A stretch of 64,000 nucleotides of DNA from a bacterium (GTDB taxonomy: Bacteria; UBA10199; JAIBAG01): assembly GCA_019695305.1 (NCBI GenBank), contig JAIBAG010000013.1, positions 6,339-70,338 of the forward strand, given 5' to 3'. Position numbers and translations under genes: made by a program. The notes under the pieces were generated by a model, which saw nothing but the letters and a program-made list of their open reading frames with translations, had not been told where the DNA came from and made no database searches. Below, piece by piece: positions 47,788-57,588 of this stretch; positions within the stretch are counted from its first letter, which is position 1, and each line of letters opens with the position of its first letter.

Positions 47788-48936
47788 ATGTTTCTCTATA
47801 TTCATTTTCCCTATTGTCTGTACAAGTGCGTTTATTGCGATTTTAATTCGTATGCAAGTAAAGCTCATAATATTCCATTTAAGGAATATAACGAGACGCT
47901 TAAAAAAGATTTTTTACACAAGCTGCCCTTTTACCCAAAGCAACCACTTAAAACTATTTTTTTTGGAGGAGGAACGCCTTCGTTAATGGAGCCTTCCGGC
48001 GTGCGTGATCTTCTTGATTTTATAAGAGGGCATGTAGGGTTTGAATCGGATATTGAAATTACCCTGGAAGCAAATCCTAAAACGATTGCACTCGATAAGC
48101 TAAAAGCTTTTAGAGATGCTGGTATTAATCGCATCTCTCTGGGTGTTCAAAATTTAAACGAAAAGTATTTGCAAAGCTTTGGCCGTATTCATTCCGCCCA
48201 AGATGCCTTAACGGCTATGGATGATATTATGGAGGCCGGTTTTAAAAATTGGAGCGTAGATCTTATTTTTGGTTTTCCCGGCGAAACTTTAGATGAGTGG
48301 ACAAAAACCCTGGAGAAAATTCTTACTTATTCCATGCCGCATCTTTCGGCCTATGCCTTTACGGTGGAAGAAGAAGCCCCCTACGGTAAAATGGTGAGAG
48401 AAGGGCGTGCTGTAAAGCCCAATCAGGATCTTCAGGACGATTTGTTTTGGCTAACCCGTAAAAAGATGCAGAAAGCCGGTTTTATGGCTTACGAAGTATC
48501 TAATTTTGCAAAGCCAGGCTACCAGTCGCGCCATAATATAAACTACTGGCGTTATGGCGCCTTTATAGGCATTGGTGCGGGGGCTTATGGGCAATACTTT
48601 ACGGGGGAGGAAGCTTGTTTTGCCAAGCGTTTGTTTACCGTTAAAACTCCCGATTTATATCAAAAAGCAGTGGGTTGCGGAGATGCTTTTTATACAGAAG
48701 AAAAGATATCTAAAAAAACAGCCATGTTTGAGTATCTGATGATGGGTTTGCGTTTGGAAGATGGGGTTAAGGCAGACGATTTTGAAGAGAAATTTGGGGT
48801 GCCACTGTTGGATGTTTATGGAAAAGCTGTTGATGAAGCGCGGAGGAGAGGGTTGATAACGACGGATGGTTTTTGTTTAACACGGGAGGGGATTGGGTTA
48901 CTTAATACGGTGTTGCTTTTGTTCCAGGGAGAGTAA
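47788..48936 (+). CDS. hemW: Radical SAM heme chaperone HemW (HemN-like, oxygen-independent coproporphyrinogen oxidase family)
   Basis: It has the YIHFPYCLYKCVYCDF radical-SAM motif and a HemN_C-like tail. The TAA stop lies inside the repeat terminus GAGTAACC. Confidence 0.85.
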   Translation: MFLYIHFPYCLYKCVYCDFNSYASKAHNIPFKEYNETLKKDFLHKLPFYPKQPLKTIFFGGGTPSLMEPSGVRDLLDFIRGHVGFESDIEITLEANPKTIALDKLKAFRDAGINRISLGVQNLNEKYLQSFGRIHSAQDALTAMDDIMEAGFKNWSVDLIFGFPGETLDEWTKTLEKILTYSMPHLSAYAFTVEEEAPYGKMVREGRAVKPNQDLQDDLFWLTRKKMQKAGFMAYEVSNFAKPGYQSRHNINYWRYGAFIGIGAGAYGQYFTGEEACFAKRLFTVKTPDLYQKAVGCGDAFYTEEKISKKTAMFEYLMMGLRLEDGVKADDFEEKFGVPLLDVYGKAVDEARRRGLITTDGFCLTREGIGLLNTVLLLFQGE

Positions 48937-49025
48937 CCCCCTCCAACTCCCCCTTAACTTAAGGGGGAGAGAAAAGAAAGCTCCCTCCCTTAGACTAAGG
49001 GAGGGTTGGGGTGGGTTACTCTGCA
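48934..49025. repeat. MITE-like palindromic repeat element, copy B (see 7773-7865)
   Basis: gagtaaccccctccaactcccccttaacttaagggggagagaaaagaaagctccctcccttagactaagggagggttggggtgggttactc. Confidence 0.8.
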
Positions 49026-49063
49026 GGCTTGACAGTGCCGATATTGGAAATTATTAAGGAATT

Positions 49064-49711
49064 ATGAAAAAGAATGTCGATAATTTTGCAGGTGATAAAG
49101 TACAGGAATTAAAAGATGTTTTGGGCGGCAATAAAACCGTATCCGATTCGTCCGAAAATGATTTGAGTTCCGGCGAAGCTCTTCCCTCTGGTGATGTTCA
49201 AGACTTTTTAGACAAGATTAAAACCCTGGAAGAAGAACTGGCTAAAGCACAAGAAATGGCCACGCTTCAAAAAGAACAGGCTTTGCGGATGATGGCCGAA
49301 TTTGAAAACTCCAAAAAGCGGATGCAGCGTGAAAAAGAGGAAATGACCAAATACAGTAACGAAAAAATTTTAAATGAGCTTTTTCCCATTTTGGATAATT
49401 TAGAAATGACCGTGTTTCATGGTAAAACCGGCAAGGGTGATGCCAAAGACCCTTTTATTGAAGGCGTGGCCATGGTTATTAAACAATTTGTTTCGGTATT
49501 AGATAAATACGGTGTAGAGGTGGTGAGTGGCGAAGGTCTTCCGTTTAACCCCCATGTTCAAGAAGCTATTGGTTATGAAGACTCAGACTGCATTCCTCCT
49601 GGCAATGTGGTAACTGTTCACCGAAAAGGATATTTGCTTAATAAACGTTTGGTGCGCCCAGCCAGTGTAACGGTAGCCAAAGAAGCCGGAGAAGAACCTA
49701 CTGTGCATTAA
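49064..49711 (+). CDS. grpE: Nucleotide exchange factor GrpE
   Basis: It has a coiled-coil N-terminal region and the GrpE core (RMMAEFENSKKRMQREKEE...NEKILNELFPILDNLE). Confidence 0.85.
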   Translation: MKKNVDNFAGDKVQELKDVLGGNKTVSDSSENDLSSGEALPSGDVQDFLDKIKTLEEELAKAQEMATLQKEQALRMMAEFENSKKRMQREKEEMTKYSNEKILNELFPILDNLEMTVFHGKTGKGDAKDPFIEGVAMVIKQFVSVLDKYGVEVVSGEGLPFNPHVQEAIGYEDSDCIPPGNVVTVHRKGYLLNKRLVRPASVTVAKEAGEEPTVH

Positions 49712-49723
49712 TAAGGAGTTTTT

Positions 49724-50752
49724 TTGAACTTTAAGCGGGCGGTTAAAATTTTGGAAATTGACGATCAGGTTTCGCCTTCTGTTCTTAAAACTTCTTTTCG
49801 TAAATTAGCCCTTAAGTATCATCCCGATCGAAATCTTGGCGATATCAAGGCCGAAAAAAAGTTCCGTGACTGTCTTGATGCCTATAATTTTTTGGTGGAG
49901 CACATTGCCAATTTTTCGGATGTTACCGAAATAGACGAGGCTAAATCGTATGCCGATAAAATAGTTAATTTAGACAATGTGTTTGATGATATTTTTGGTT
50001 TTTCTAGCCAGGGGCGCATTTTAGGGTTTCATGCTCCCCAAAATGTAGAACTGCCACTTACTACTTTTGTTTTAGGTTTAAACCAAAAAATGACTCTTGC
50101 TGTTTATGAGTTATGCCCGCAATGCGAGGGCAAAGGCTCGCGTCATCAGGCTATAGACCGTGTTTGTTCGTACTGCTTTGGCCGTGGTTCTATTACAGCC
50201 AAAAGCGGCAATACTTCGTTCCCTAAAAAATGTACCAAGTGTAAAGGTCGAGGGCGGGTGATAGAAAACCCGTGTTTAACCTGCGATGGTTTTGGCAAAA
50301 AGGGTTCTTCCAAAAAGGTAGATGTGCATAACGCGGCGGGTTTTTGGCCTGGAGAAACCTATACCTGGACAGTGAAAGACTTTAAAGGAAAACAATATGA
50401 GGCTTTTGTACATTTAACACTGCCTGTACGCACATTCTTTCATGTTGAAAACGGTACTTTGGTATGCCATTACCCTGTTACATCTAAAGATTGGCAAACT
50501 GACATTGAATTTCCAACACCGTGGGGCTGGCATAGGCTTAAAATTAGCGATAAACCAGAACGTTTGGCGCAAGCGGGCTTGATGCAAAACCCAGGAACGC
50601 GGGAAAAATCGGCCCTGGTAATTTTTTTTAAGGAAGTAAAATTAAAGGATGCCGAGCGCTTAAAAAAAGAATTTTTAAAAGAAGTAAGTTTTTGTAATCC
50701 TTATTATGGTTATGTTGAAAAAATTCCCTGGTATAAAAAGTTTTTTACTTAG
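49724..50752 (+). CDS. DnaJ-like protein: J domain plus a four-repeat CxxCxGxG zinc finger, lacking a typical G/F region
   Basis: It has the HPD motif (KYHPDRNLGD) and the zinc-finger repeats CPQCEGKG, CSYCFGRG, CTKCKGRG and CLTCDGFG. Confidence 0.7.
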   Translation: MNFKRAVKILEIDDQVSPSVLKTSFRKLALKYHPDRNLGDIKAEKKFRDCLDAYNFLVEHIANFSDVTEIDEAKSYADKIVNLDNVFDDIFGFSSQGRILGFHAPQNVELPLTTFVLGLNQKMTLAVYELCPQCEGKGSRHQAIDRVCSYCFGRGSITAKSGNTSFPKKCTKCKGRGRVIENPCLTCDGFGKKGSSKKVDVHNAAGFWPGETYTWTVKDFKGKQYEAFVHLTLPVRTFFHVENGTLVCHYPVTSKDWQTDIEFPTPWGWHRLKISDKPERLAQAGLMQNPGTREKSALVIFFKEVKLKDAERLKKEFLKEVSFCNPYYGYVEKIPWYKKFFT

Positions 50753-52673
50753 TTTTTTACTTTTTTTTCTTGCTGGCTGTGGCGCGGGAGGTGGAGGAGG
50801 GCGTCCGGCCCCAGAATATTCGGGAAAAGTAAATGCCGTTGTGCAAGATTCGTTTGCCGTTGGCGATACTTTGTATAAAAAGCACGAATACGATGCTGCT
50901 CTTAATGCTCTTTTAGAGTTTATTAAAACATTTCCACATAATCGTTTAACCGACGAAGCCTTGTATAAAACAGGGAAAATTTATATTCTTAAAAAAGATT
51001 ATAGCAATGCCAATAATCAGCTTAATTCACTTATTACTTTATCGCCCGACCCTGAATACCGTGCCAAGGCGCAGCTATTGCGTGCTCAGGCCTATTCACT
51101 TGCAGGCGATGATCTGTCTTCTTTAGAAGCTATTAAAAAATGTACCTTGGCCGATTTGCCCACACGCATGCAAATCCAGTATTTTTCACTTTTTATTACC
51201 ACTGCTAAAAAACTAAAAGTGCAGCAAGATAAAATAGATTATGCCTATTTGAGATTACTCGATTTATATCAAGATAGCTCCGACCGTGATTTAGAAGCTT
51301 TGTCGCAAGAAGGTATTGTTACTAAAATCATGGCGTCGCAAATGGTTAATTTGTGGGTTAATAGTGCTACACCCCTCGATCAAATTGCCGATTGGATGAA
51401 AGCCTACCCGCGTGGTTATGCCCGACCTTATGTAGATTTTAAAATTGCTAAAATTTATTTTGATGCCAAAAATACAAAGGCTAAAAATAAATTGGAAGAT
51501 TTTGTGAGTGGTTATCCAAGGCATGAACTTGCCGAGCGTGCTAAAAAAATGTTGGCCATTTTAGCGGGGGCTAAAACCAGCATGCTAGGCGGTGGACTTA
51601 AAATTGGCGTGGTGTTGCCGCTTTCGGGAAGCCTAGCTCCTTTTGGCGAGGCAGCTTTACGTGGCATAAAATGTGCGGCCGGTTTAACTCCCGAATGTTT
51701 GCCTCTTGTCAATCCCGTTACTAGTGCTTTGGGTTCAATCGATTTGGTTATCCGTGATTCAGGAACTTCGGTAGATCAGATGGATGGTATTTTATCGGAA
51801 ATGGCGTCACTGAATGTATCGGCTGTGATTGGCCCTATGTCCTCTCAGCAGGCTATGGCTGGTGCGCGAAAAGCGAACGAGTTAAAAATGGTGTTGCTAC
51901 CTATCACTCAAAAAGACGGGCTGATGCGAGATAATCCTTATGTGTTCCAAATGGGTTACGATACTTTTCATCAAATTGATTCTCTTGTAACGCAGGCGCT
52001 AAATCGTGGCTACAAAACTTTTGGTATTTTTTATCCCCAAAATAATTATGGTCGTGAGATGCAGCTCAGTTTTGAAAATAGGGTAAAAGATGGCGGCGGT
52101 AAAATTATTGCTAAAGCCGGATACAACCCAACCTCATCCGATTATTCCGATGCTATTAGAGAGTTAAAGTTATCGTCGTCTACGGCCGACCCCAGCCGTA
52201 GTGTGGCTTTTGATGCATTATTTATTCCCGACAGTTTTAGTGCCATTAACCGTATTGTGCCACAATTGCGCAATGCCTCTATTAACAATGTGGTTCTTTT
52301 TGGAGGCAGTGCCTGGAATGATGATAGTTTGAGTGCTCAAAATTTTGATGTGTTTCCTCAAAGCTTTTACGTAGATCTTTTTTCCAATAATCGGACATCC
52401 GATTTTGTAAGTCAGGTGTCGAGTGCCTTTAGCACTGCTAATGCGCACAAACCTACCAGTGTAGAAGCCTTGGGTTTTGACGCTGCATGGTTTGTGATGA
52501 ATGCGGCTAAAAATATTGAAGACACAACAGGAGAAATGATTCGCAATGAACTGGCTTCACAAAGAAATCTGAGTGGTCTTACTACTATACGTTCTTTTGA
52601 AAGTTCGCAGGGAGCTACAGTAGAACCTTTAGTTTTTTTACCTACGCCACAGGGAATCAATTTATCACAATAA
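50706..52673 (+). CDS. LpoA-like lipoprotein: TPR-like N-domain plus a type-1 periplasmic-binding-fold C-domain
   Basis: It has a lipoprotein signal (LLFFLAGCGAGGGG). The architecture resembles the PBP activator LpoA. Its start overlaps the 3' end of the dnaJ-like gene. Confidence 0.45.
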   Translation: MVMLKKFPGIKSFLLSFLLFFLAGCGAGGGGGRPAPEYSGKVNAVVQDSFAVGDTLYKKHEYDAALNALLEFIKTFPHNRLTDEALYKTGKIYILKKDYSNANNQLNSLITLSPDPEYRAKAQLLRAQAYSLAGDDLSSLEAIKKCTLADLPTRMQIQYFSLFITTAKKLKVQQDKIDYAYLRLLDLYQDSSDRDLEALSQEGIVTKIMASQMVNLWVNSATPLDQIADWMKAYPRGYARPYVDFKIAKIYFDAKNTKAKNKLEDFVSGYPRHELAERAKKMLAILAGAKTSMLGGGLKIGVVLPLSGSLAPFGEAALRGIKCAAGLTPECLPLVNPVTSALGSIDLVIRDSGTSVDQMDGILSEMASLNVSAVIGPMSSQQAMAGARKANELKMVLLPITQKDGLMRDNPYVFQMGYDTFHQIDSLVTQALNRGYKTFGIFYPQNNYGREMQLSFENRVKDGGGKIIAKAGYNPTSSDYSDAIRELKLSSSTADPSRSVAFDALFIPDSFSAINRIVPQLRNASINNVVLFGGSAWNDDSLSAQNFDVFPQSFYVDLFSNNRTSDFVSQVSSAFSTANAHKPTSVEALGFDAAWFVMNAAKNIEDTTGEMIRNELASQRNLSGLTTIRSFESSQGATVEPLVFLPTPQGINLSQ

Positions 52674-52674
52674 T

Positions 52675-53631
52675 ATGAAACGCTTGGAGCATGAACTCAT
52701 TAGCCGTATTGCGTCTCTTTTTGAAAAAAAGGGCGAGGGTGTAGTGCTGGGTATAGGTGATGATGCCGCTGTTTTACATTATGATCACGAGCGCTATATG
52801 GTGCTTACTACCGATAGTCTTGTGGAGGATGTTCATTTTAGATTAGAAGCCTGGAGTGCTCGTGAATTAGCTATAAAAGCGGTACGTTCTAATATGAGCG
52901 ATATTCATGCTATGGGAGCTATACCGCATACAGTTCTAATTTCTCTGGCTCTTCCTACTTTTATCAAAGATGAATGGGTGGATGAGTTTTTTGAAACTGT
53001 TAAAGGTGAAGCTCAAACTTTTAATTTCACTGTTATTGGTGGTAATTTAACGCGCGCTTCTGAGCTGTCTATTTCTCTTACTGCTACAGGTCTTGTTCCC
53101 TGTCAGCATCTTAAAAAAAGAATGGGTGCCGCACTAGGGCAGGCGCTGTATCTTTCGGGGCCAGTGGGCTATGCGTCGCTAGGTTTATGTGAGTTGGAAA
53201 AAGGAAAGAAAGAAAGTTTTTTTATAAGCGCTCATAAAAAAACGGGAGTAGATATTAAAAAAGCAGCTTTTCTTTCTTCATCGCCTTGCGTAACAGCTAT
53301 GATAGATGTGAGTGATGGTTTAATTCAAGATTTGGGTCATCTTTTAAAGGCTAGTGGTGTGGGAGCCAGGCTGGATATGAGTGGGTTAGCTCAGGATTTA
53401 CAATATCAACAAGCGTCTATAGGAGTGGCGCAAAATCCCTTGGAGCTTGCTTTATATGGTGGGGAAGACTATGTCCTTCTTTTTAGTGTAGAAAAAGAGA
53501 AAGAATTTTTAAAACAATCGTCTTCTTTTAACTTTATCCGTTTGGGGGATGTAACGGCATCGGGTGTATCGGTGGTGTATGGCGGTAATGAAGTGGTTCT
53601 TAGTCAAAAGGGATTTGATCATTTTAAATGA
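52675..53631 (+). CDS. thiL: Thiamine-monophosphate kinase
   Basis: It has the AIR-synthase-related fold with GIGDDAAVL and DSLVEDVHF. Confidence 0.85.
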   Translation: MKRLEHELISRIASLFEKKGEGVVLGIGDDAAVLHYDHERYMVLTTDSLVEDVHFRLEAWSARELAIKAVRSNMSDIHAMGAIPHTVLISLALPTFIKDEWVDEFFETVKGEAQTFNFTVIGGNLTRASELSISLTATGLVPCQHLKKRMGAALGQALYLSGPVGYASLGLCELEKGKKESFFISAHKKTGVDIKKAAFLSSSPCVTAMIDVSDGLIQDLGHLLKASGVGARLDMSGLAQDLQYQQASIGVAQNPLELALYGGEDYVLLFSVEKEKEFLKQSSSFNFIRLGDVTASGVSVVYGGNEVVLSQKGFDHFK

Positions 53632-54038
53632 CAACGCAAACTAATAAAATTGAGCGTGGCATTATAAACCCGCAAGTGATTGATCTTATCACGCGTGATT
53701 CTAAAACTAACGAAGTGGTGTTAGTCATGATGGAACCCCGTGCATGGGGCAGTGATCCTAAACAATTGTATCAGTTGGAAGATAAAGTTAATCGCTACCT
53801 GGCGTATGTGCTGGATGGATTTTTAGTAAAACATTATCCGCAGTATGCGCAGTCGCTCATTCGTTTTAGACTAGATTGCACAGCTCTCCCCACTGGCCAA
53901 ATTGAACATCTTTTAGAAAAAGCTTCCGATTTTTGTTCAACTCAAAATATTGCGTTTGAAATACGAGTTGTTTCTGAAAGTGATATTAGAGAGAGATTAG
54001 GGCAAAATTTAAAAGAGGGTAAAGATCTAAAAGGATAA
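53628..54038 (+). CDS. Hypothetical protein (136 aa)
   Basis: ORF overlapping the thiL stop by 4 nt. No family recognised. Confidence 0.4.
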   Translation: MTTQTNKIERGIINPQVIDLITRDSKTNEVVLVMMEPRAWGSDPKQLYQLEDKVNRYLAYVLDGFLVKHYPQYAQSLIRFRLDCTALPTGQIEHLLEKASDFCSTQNIAFEIRVVSESDIRERLGQNLKEGKDLKG

Positions 54039-54115
54039 AGTATAATAAAATCAATAACTTGTATTCCGTCCCTTTGTCTTTCTTCTTTTTAAAAAACGCA
54101 ACCTTTACAAGCACT

Positions 54116-54128
54116 TTGCCGATAACTA
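54116..54128 (+). promoter_or_regulatory. Conserved 13-mer CTTTGCCGATAAC (copy 3), 13 nt upstream of the ATG at 54142. It contains an exact GCCGATAA.
   Basis: Read directly from the sequence. Confidence 0.4.
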
Positions 54129-54141
54129 GTATAGGTACTCT

Positions 54142-54828
54142 ATGAAGGTTGATAAACTTAGTCTTACCAGTTCGCAGCTTTCGCTTAACCGGCCCATTAC
54201 GCCGGTAAGTGGTGGACATGCGGCTGAAGCTTCCAAATCTTTGGGTGAAGCGCCTCCGGTTCAATTGTCGCTTTCCGAAATTGGTGATTTAGCGTCTCTC
54301 TTTGCTGCCACCGGTTTGGTGGGGCGTCTTAAAAAACGTCTTAATTATTTAAAAAAGAAAAAGTGTAATGTGGTTCCGGCTCAGGGAACGGTAGCTTGTA
54401 TTGACGATACCGATACGGTTTTTTTAGGTGTAGAATTTTTGGAAAAATATCAAAACGAAGAAGAAACCTTAGCTGGCGTACTAGCGCATGAGTGGGGGCA
54501 TTCGTGTGCGCTAAAACCCAACAACGAAGATTTGCAGAAAATGAATTGGAACGAAATTTTTGATTTACGCCGTGCGCACGAAACCTTGGCCGACGAAATT
54601 TCGGGACGCTTGTTGTTTATGATGGGTTATACTACCGAAGGGATTAAAAAGTTTTTGCTTAAAGGTAAAGAAACACACAATTTAAAATACCATCCGCCCG
54701 AAATGCGCGCTAAAATTATTGAATACGGTTTTGAAGCCGAAAAAAACAAAGGCCATCTGGCGCGTGAACTATTTAAAGATTCCGTTTACGAAAACGAATA
54801 TAAATCCATTTTGCTTGATATCTCCTAG
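54142..54828 (+). CDS. Hypothetical protein with an HExxH motif (HEWGH), a putative zinc metallopeptidase
   Basis: 228 aa. ...LAGVLAHEWGHSCAL... is the only recognisable signature. Confidence 0.4.
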   Translation: MKVDKLSLTSSQLSLNRPITPVSGGHAAEASKSLGEAPPVQLSLSEIGDLASLFAATGLVGRLKKRLNYLKKKKCNVVPAQGTVACIDDTDTVFLGVEFLEKYQNEEETLAGVLAHEWGHSCALKPNNEDLQKMNWNEIFDLRRAHETLADEISGRLLFMMGYTTEGIKKFLLKGKETHNLKYHPPEMRAKIIEYGFEAEKNKGHLARELFKDSVYENEYKSILLDIS

Positions 54829-55967
54829 TGTCTTCTTTTAACGTCACCATCGAAAAAATAACCTCCGAAGGGATGGGCATGGCCCGTCACCAGGGTAAGA
54901 TTGTGTTTGTGTCTTTTGTGATGCCCGGCGAAGAGGTGCGTGTGCGTGTGGTGAGGTCTCATAAGTCGTACGATGAAGCGGAGTTGATTGATGTGATCAA
55001 ACCTTCATCGTCTCGTTTAAAAGCTCCCTGTGCTTATTATGGTGTGTGTGGTGGCTGCAATTTGCAGCATATGACGTATGAGGCGCAACTCGCTGCCAAA
55101 AAACAAATTGTAGCTGATGCTTTAACCCGTATTGCTAAACTTAATGTGTTACCAATAGCCGATGTGCTGCCGTCTCCTGTGGAGTATGGCTATCGGTCGC
55201 GGATTCAATTGCATCAGGGGGATGCGGGTGTGTGGGGTTTTCATCAAAGAAAAAGTAATGCGGTAGTTGAAATCGACAAGTGTTTGCTCGCGTCGGATGC
55301 TGTTAATAAGAAGTTACATTCTTTTCACCCCCCTTTGCAAAAGGGGGGAAGGGGGGATTTAGCCCAGGTTGATAGAAAGAAAATCCCCCTCAGTCCCCCT
55401 TTTTCAAAGGGGGAGGTAAGAAAAGAAATCCGAGAAGATGACGAAAACTTTTTTACTCAAGTTAATCAAATTCAAAATAGGAATCTTGTCGATTTAGTAA
55501 TGAGGCTAGCCCGTGAGTTAAAGCCGAATGTAGCGTTAGAACTTTATGCGGGCGCGGGGAATTTTACTTTTCCTTTATCCAAAATCTGCGAAAAAATATG
55601 GGCGGTAGAGTCGTCACGCGAGGCGGTGGCTTTTGCTCAATCAAAAAATAGCGATATAATTGAATGGCATGCGGCAGATGCCGCCTCTTTTACCAAAAAG
55701 TTTCTCACTAAAAATATAATTCCCGATTTACTCTTGGTGGATCCCCCACGAGCTGGCTTGGAAGGAGCTGTGGAGAGTATTATCAAACTTCAATCCAAAG
55801 CTATTATTTATGTATCGTGCGATCCCGCTACCTTTGCGCGTGATATTAAAAAAATGATGGATGATGGGAAATATAGTTTAGAACGCGTGTATCCTGTTGA
55901 TATGTTTTCGCAGACGGCCCATGTGGAGGTAGTAGGTTTACTACTTTGTCGCAAAGATACTTTTTGA
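54828..55967 (+). CDS. rlmD: 23S rRNA (uracil-C5)-methyltransferase RlmD/RumA family (TRAM + [4Fe-4S] + SAM MTase), carrying an in-frame low-complexity insertion
   Basis: It has the TRAM N-terminus, the Cx5CGGC cluster (CAYYGVCGGCNLQH) and a SAM-binding C-domain (LELYAGAGNFTFPL...LLVDPPRAGL). It also has a ~35-aa insertion (HPPLQKGGRGDLAQVDRKKIPLSPPFSKGEVRKE) encoded by palindromic repeat DNA. Confidence 0.8.
   Translation: MSSFNVTIEKITSEGMGMARHQGKIVFVSFVMPGEEVRVRVVRSHKSYDEAELIDVIKPSSSRLKAPCAYYGVCGGCNLQHMTYEAQLAAKKQIVADALTRIAKLNVLPIADVLPSPVEYGYRSRIQLHQGDAGVWGFHQRKSNAVVEIDKCLLASDAVNKKLHSFHPPLQKGGRGDLAQVDRKKIPLSPPFSKGEVRKEIREDDENFFTQVNQIQNRNLVDLVMRLARELKPNVALELYAGAGNFTFPLSKICEKIWAVESSREAVAFAQSKNSDIIEWHAADAASFTKKFLTKNIIPDLLLVDPPRAGLEGAVESIIKLQSKAIIYVSCDPATFARDIKKMMDDGKYSLERVYPVDMFSQTAHVEVVGLLLCRKDTF
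55321..55420. repeat. Palindromic repeat element inserted in-frame within rlmD. The palindromes are CCCCCCTTTGCAAAAGGGGGG and CCCCCTTTTTCAAAGGGGG, with an AGAAAGAAAAT spacer. It is related in organisation to the MITE-like copies at 7773 and 48934.
   Basis: Read directly from the sequence. There is no stop codon in the rlmD frame. Confidence 0.65.
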
Positions 55968-56018
55968 AGTGTTTGCATTTTGAAGAGGATTTGTCTTTAG
56001 AACAGCTTTTAAGTGGGA

Positions 56019-56420
56019 TTAGTTTGTTATTAATTCAGGTTTTTGAGGATTGGAGCAATTTATTTCGAACGCGACATGTTTAAGAGAAAAGCGCCCTTCG
56101 TTAAATGGATCTGGAGAGACAATAATGCCACTTACCTTGAGAATGTGATCTGACCATGAAGCCGTAAAGGGTAGGTACCAATGGGTTTCATCTTTATAAA
56201 TTTCTGATTGATTGTATGTTATTTTTAAAAACGAAGCCTCACTAGACATAGCATATTCAAAACTATCATAGAATATCGCTTCCAGTGTTTTCTCACGGCT
56301 TATTACTTTATGATGATAGGTTCCATGTTGGTTGTAGCCTCCGATTGAAATAGATTTGTTGGGCTCTAAAGGGCCGCCATAACCAGTAACCTTGCCAATT
56401 TCATTTTTATCACGGCTCAT
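56019..56420 (-). CDS. Hypothetical protein (133 aa)
   Basis: ORF directly downstream of the thiolase gene (stop and start adjacent at 56420). Confidence 0.4.
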   Translation of the reverse strand: MSRDKNEIGKVTGYGGPLEPNKSISIGGYNQHGTYHHKVISREKTLEAIFYDSFEYAMSSEASFLKITYNQSEIYKDETHWYLPFTASWSDHILKVSGIIVSPDPFNEGRFSLKHVAFEINCSNPQKPELITN

Positions 56421-57565
56421 TATAAGCGCTCAATAATCGTCGTCACACCCATGCCCATGCCAATACACAGGGTGATGAGGCCGTAGCGCTTATCCTGGCG
56501 TTCCAGTTCATCTAAAACAGTTCCCACCAGCATAGCACCGGTGGCACCCAGGGGATGGCCCAAGGCAATCGCACCGCCGTTGACGTTGACGCGATCCAGG
56601 GGAATTTCTAAATCTTTGGCACAAGCTAAAACCACGGGAGCAAAAGCTTCGTTGATTTCTACTAAGTCGATATCTTTCATCGTTAATCCCGCTTTTTTAA
56701 GAGCTTTGCGGGTAGAAGGAATAGGGCCCAGTAACATGATAACAGGATCGGAACCATAAGTAGCCATGCTCACTACTTTAGCACGTGGTTTTAAACCCAG
56801 TTCGTCACATTTCTTTTTAGAAGCAAATAAAACACCCGCAGCACCATCAACAATCCCGCTGGAATTACCGGCATGAATCACGCCGTCTTCTTTGAAGGCC
56901 AGTTTTAAATTTTTTAAAGTTTCTACAGTAGTGCCAGGACGGAAGTGTTCGTCTTTTTCAAAAGTAAAAGTAGAGCCGTCTTCTTTTTTGGCTGTTACCG
57001 GGATAATGCTCTTTTTAAAACGACCCTCGGCCCACGATTTAGCGGCTAAATCTTGCGAGCGGGCAGCGTATTCGTCTAATTGAGTGCGGGTAAAACCATA
57101 TTTTTGGGCAATCATCTCGGCCGAAATACCTTGAGGCACCAAGTTAGGGTAATGAGTCATCAGCCCCGAATCGCCACAGAAAAAATTAATATCCATGGGA
57201 ACTTTGGTCATGTGCTCTACACCGCCACCAATCACTAAATCTTCACTGCCGGCCATCACCGATTGTGCTGCCATGTTGCAGGCGGTGAGGCCTGACGCAC
57301 AAAAGCGATTTAAGGTCACGCCAGGTATTTCAATGGGAAGTCCAGCGGCAAGAACGGCACCGCGGGCAATGTCGTTATCTTGTTCGTTACGCTGCGACAC
57401 ACAACCATAGATGACATCTTCAATTTGTTTAGGATCGATTTTATTGCGTTCGATAAGTGCTTTTAAGGGAAGAGAGGCCAGATCGATGGGGTGAACATAC
57501 GATAAAGATCCTTTACGTTTTCCACGAGGGGTTCTTACAGCATCAACGATAAAAGCTTCGGACAT
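56420..57565 (-). CDS. Acetyl-CoA C-acetyltransferase (thiolase II family)
   Basis: It has the catalytic Cys motif NRFCASGL and C-terminal GGAIALGHPLGATG and CIGMGMG. Confidence 0.9.
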   Translation of the reverse strand: MSEAFIVDAVRTPRGKRKGSLSYVHPIDLASLPLKALIERNKIDPKQIEDVIYGCVSQRNEQDNDIARGAVLAAGLPIEIPGVTLNRFCASGLTACNMAAQSVMAGSEDLVIGGGVEHMTKVPMDINFFCGDSGLMTHYPNLVPQGISAEMIAQKYGFTRTQLDEYAARSQDLAAKSWAEGRFKKSIIPVTAKKEDGSTFTFEKDEHFRPGTTVETLKNLKLAFKEDGVIHAGNSSGIVDGAAGVLFASKKKCDELGLKPRAKVVSMATYGSDPVIMLLGPIPSTRKALKKAGLTMKDIDLVEINEAFAPVVLACAKDLEIPLDRVNVNGGAIALGHPLGATGAMLVGTVLDELERQDKRYGLITLCIGMGMGVTTIIERL

Positions 57566-57588
57566 ACAGACTCCTTTTATGGGGTTGG

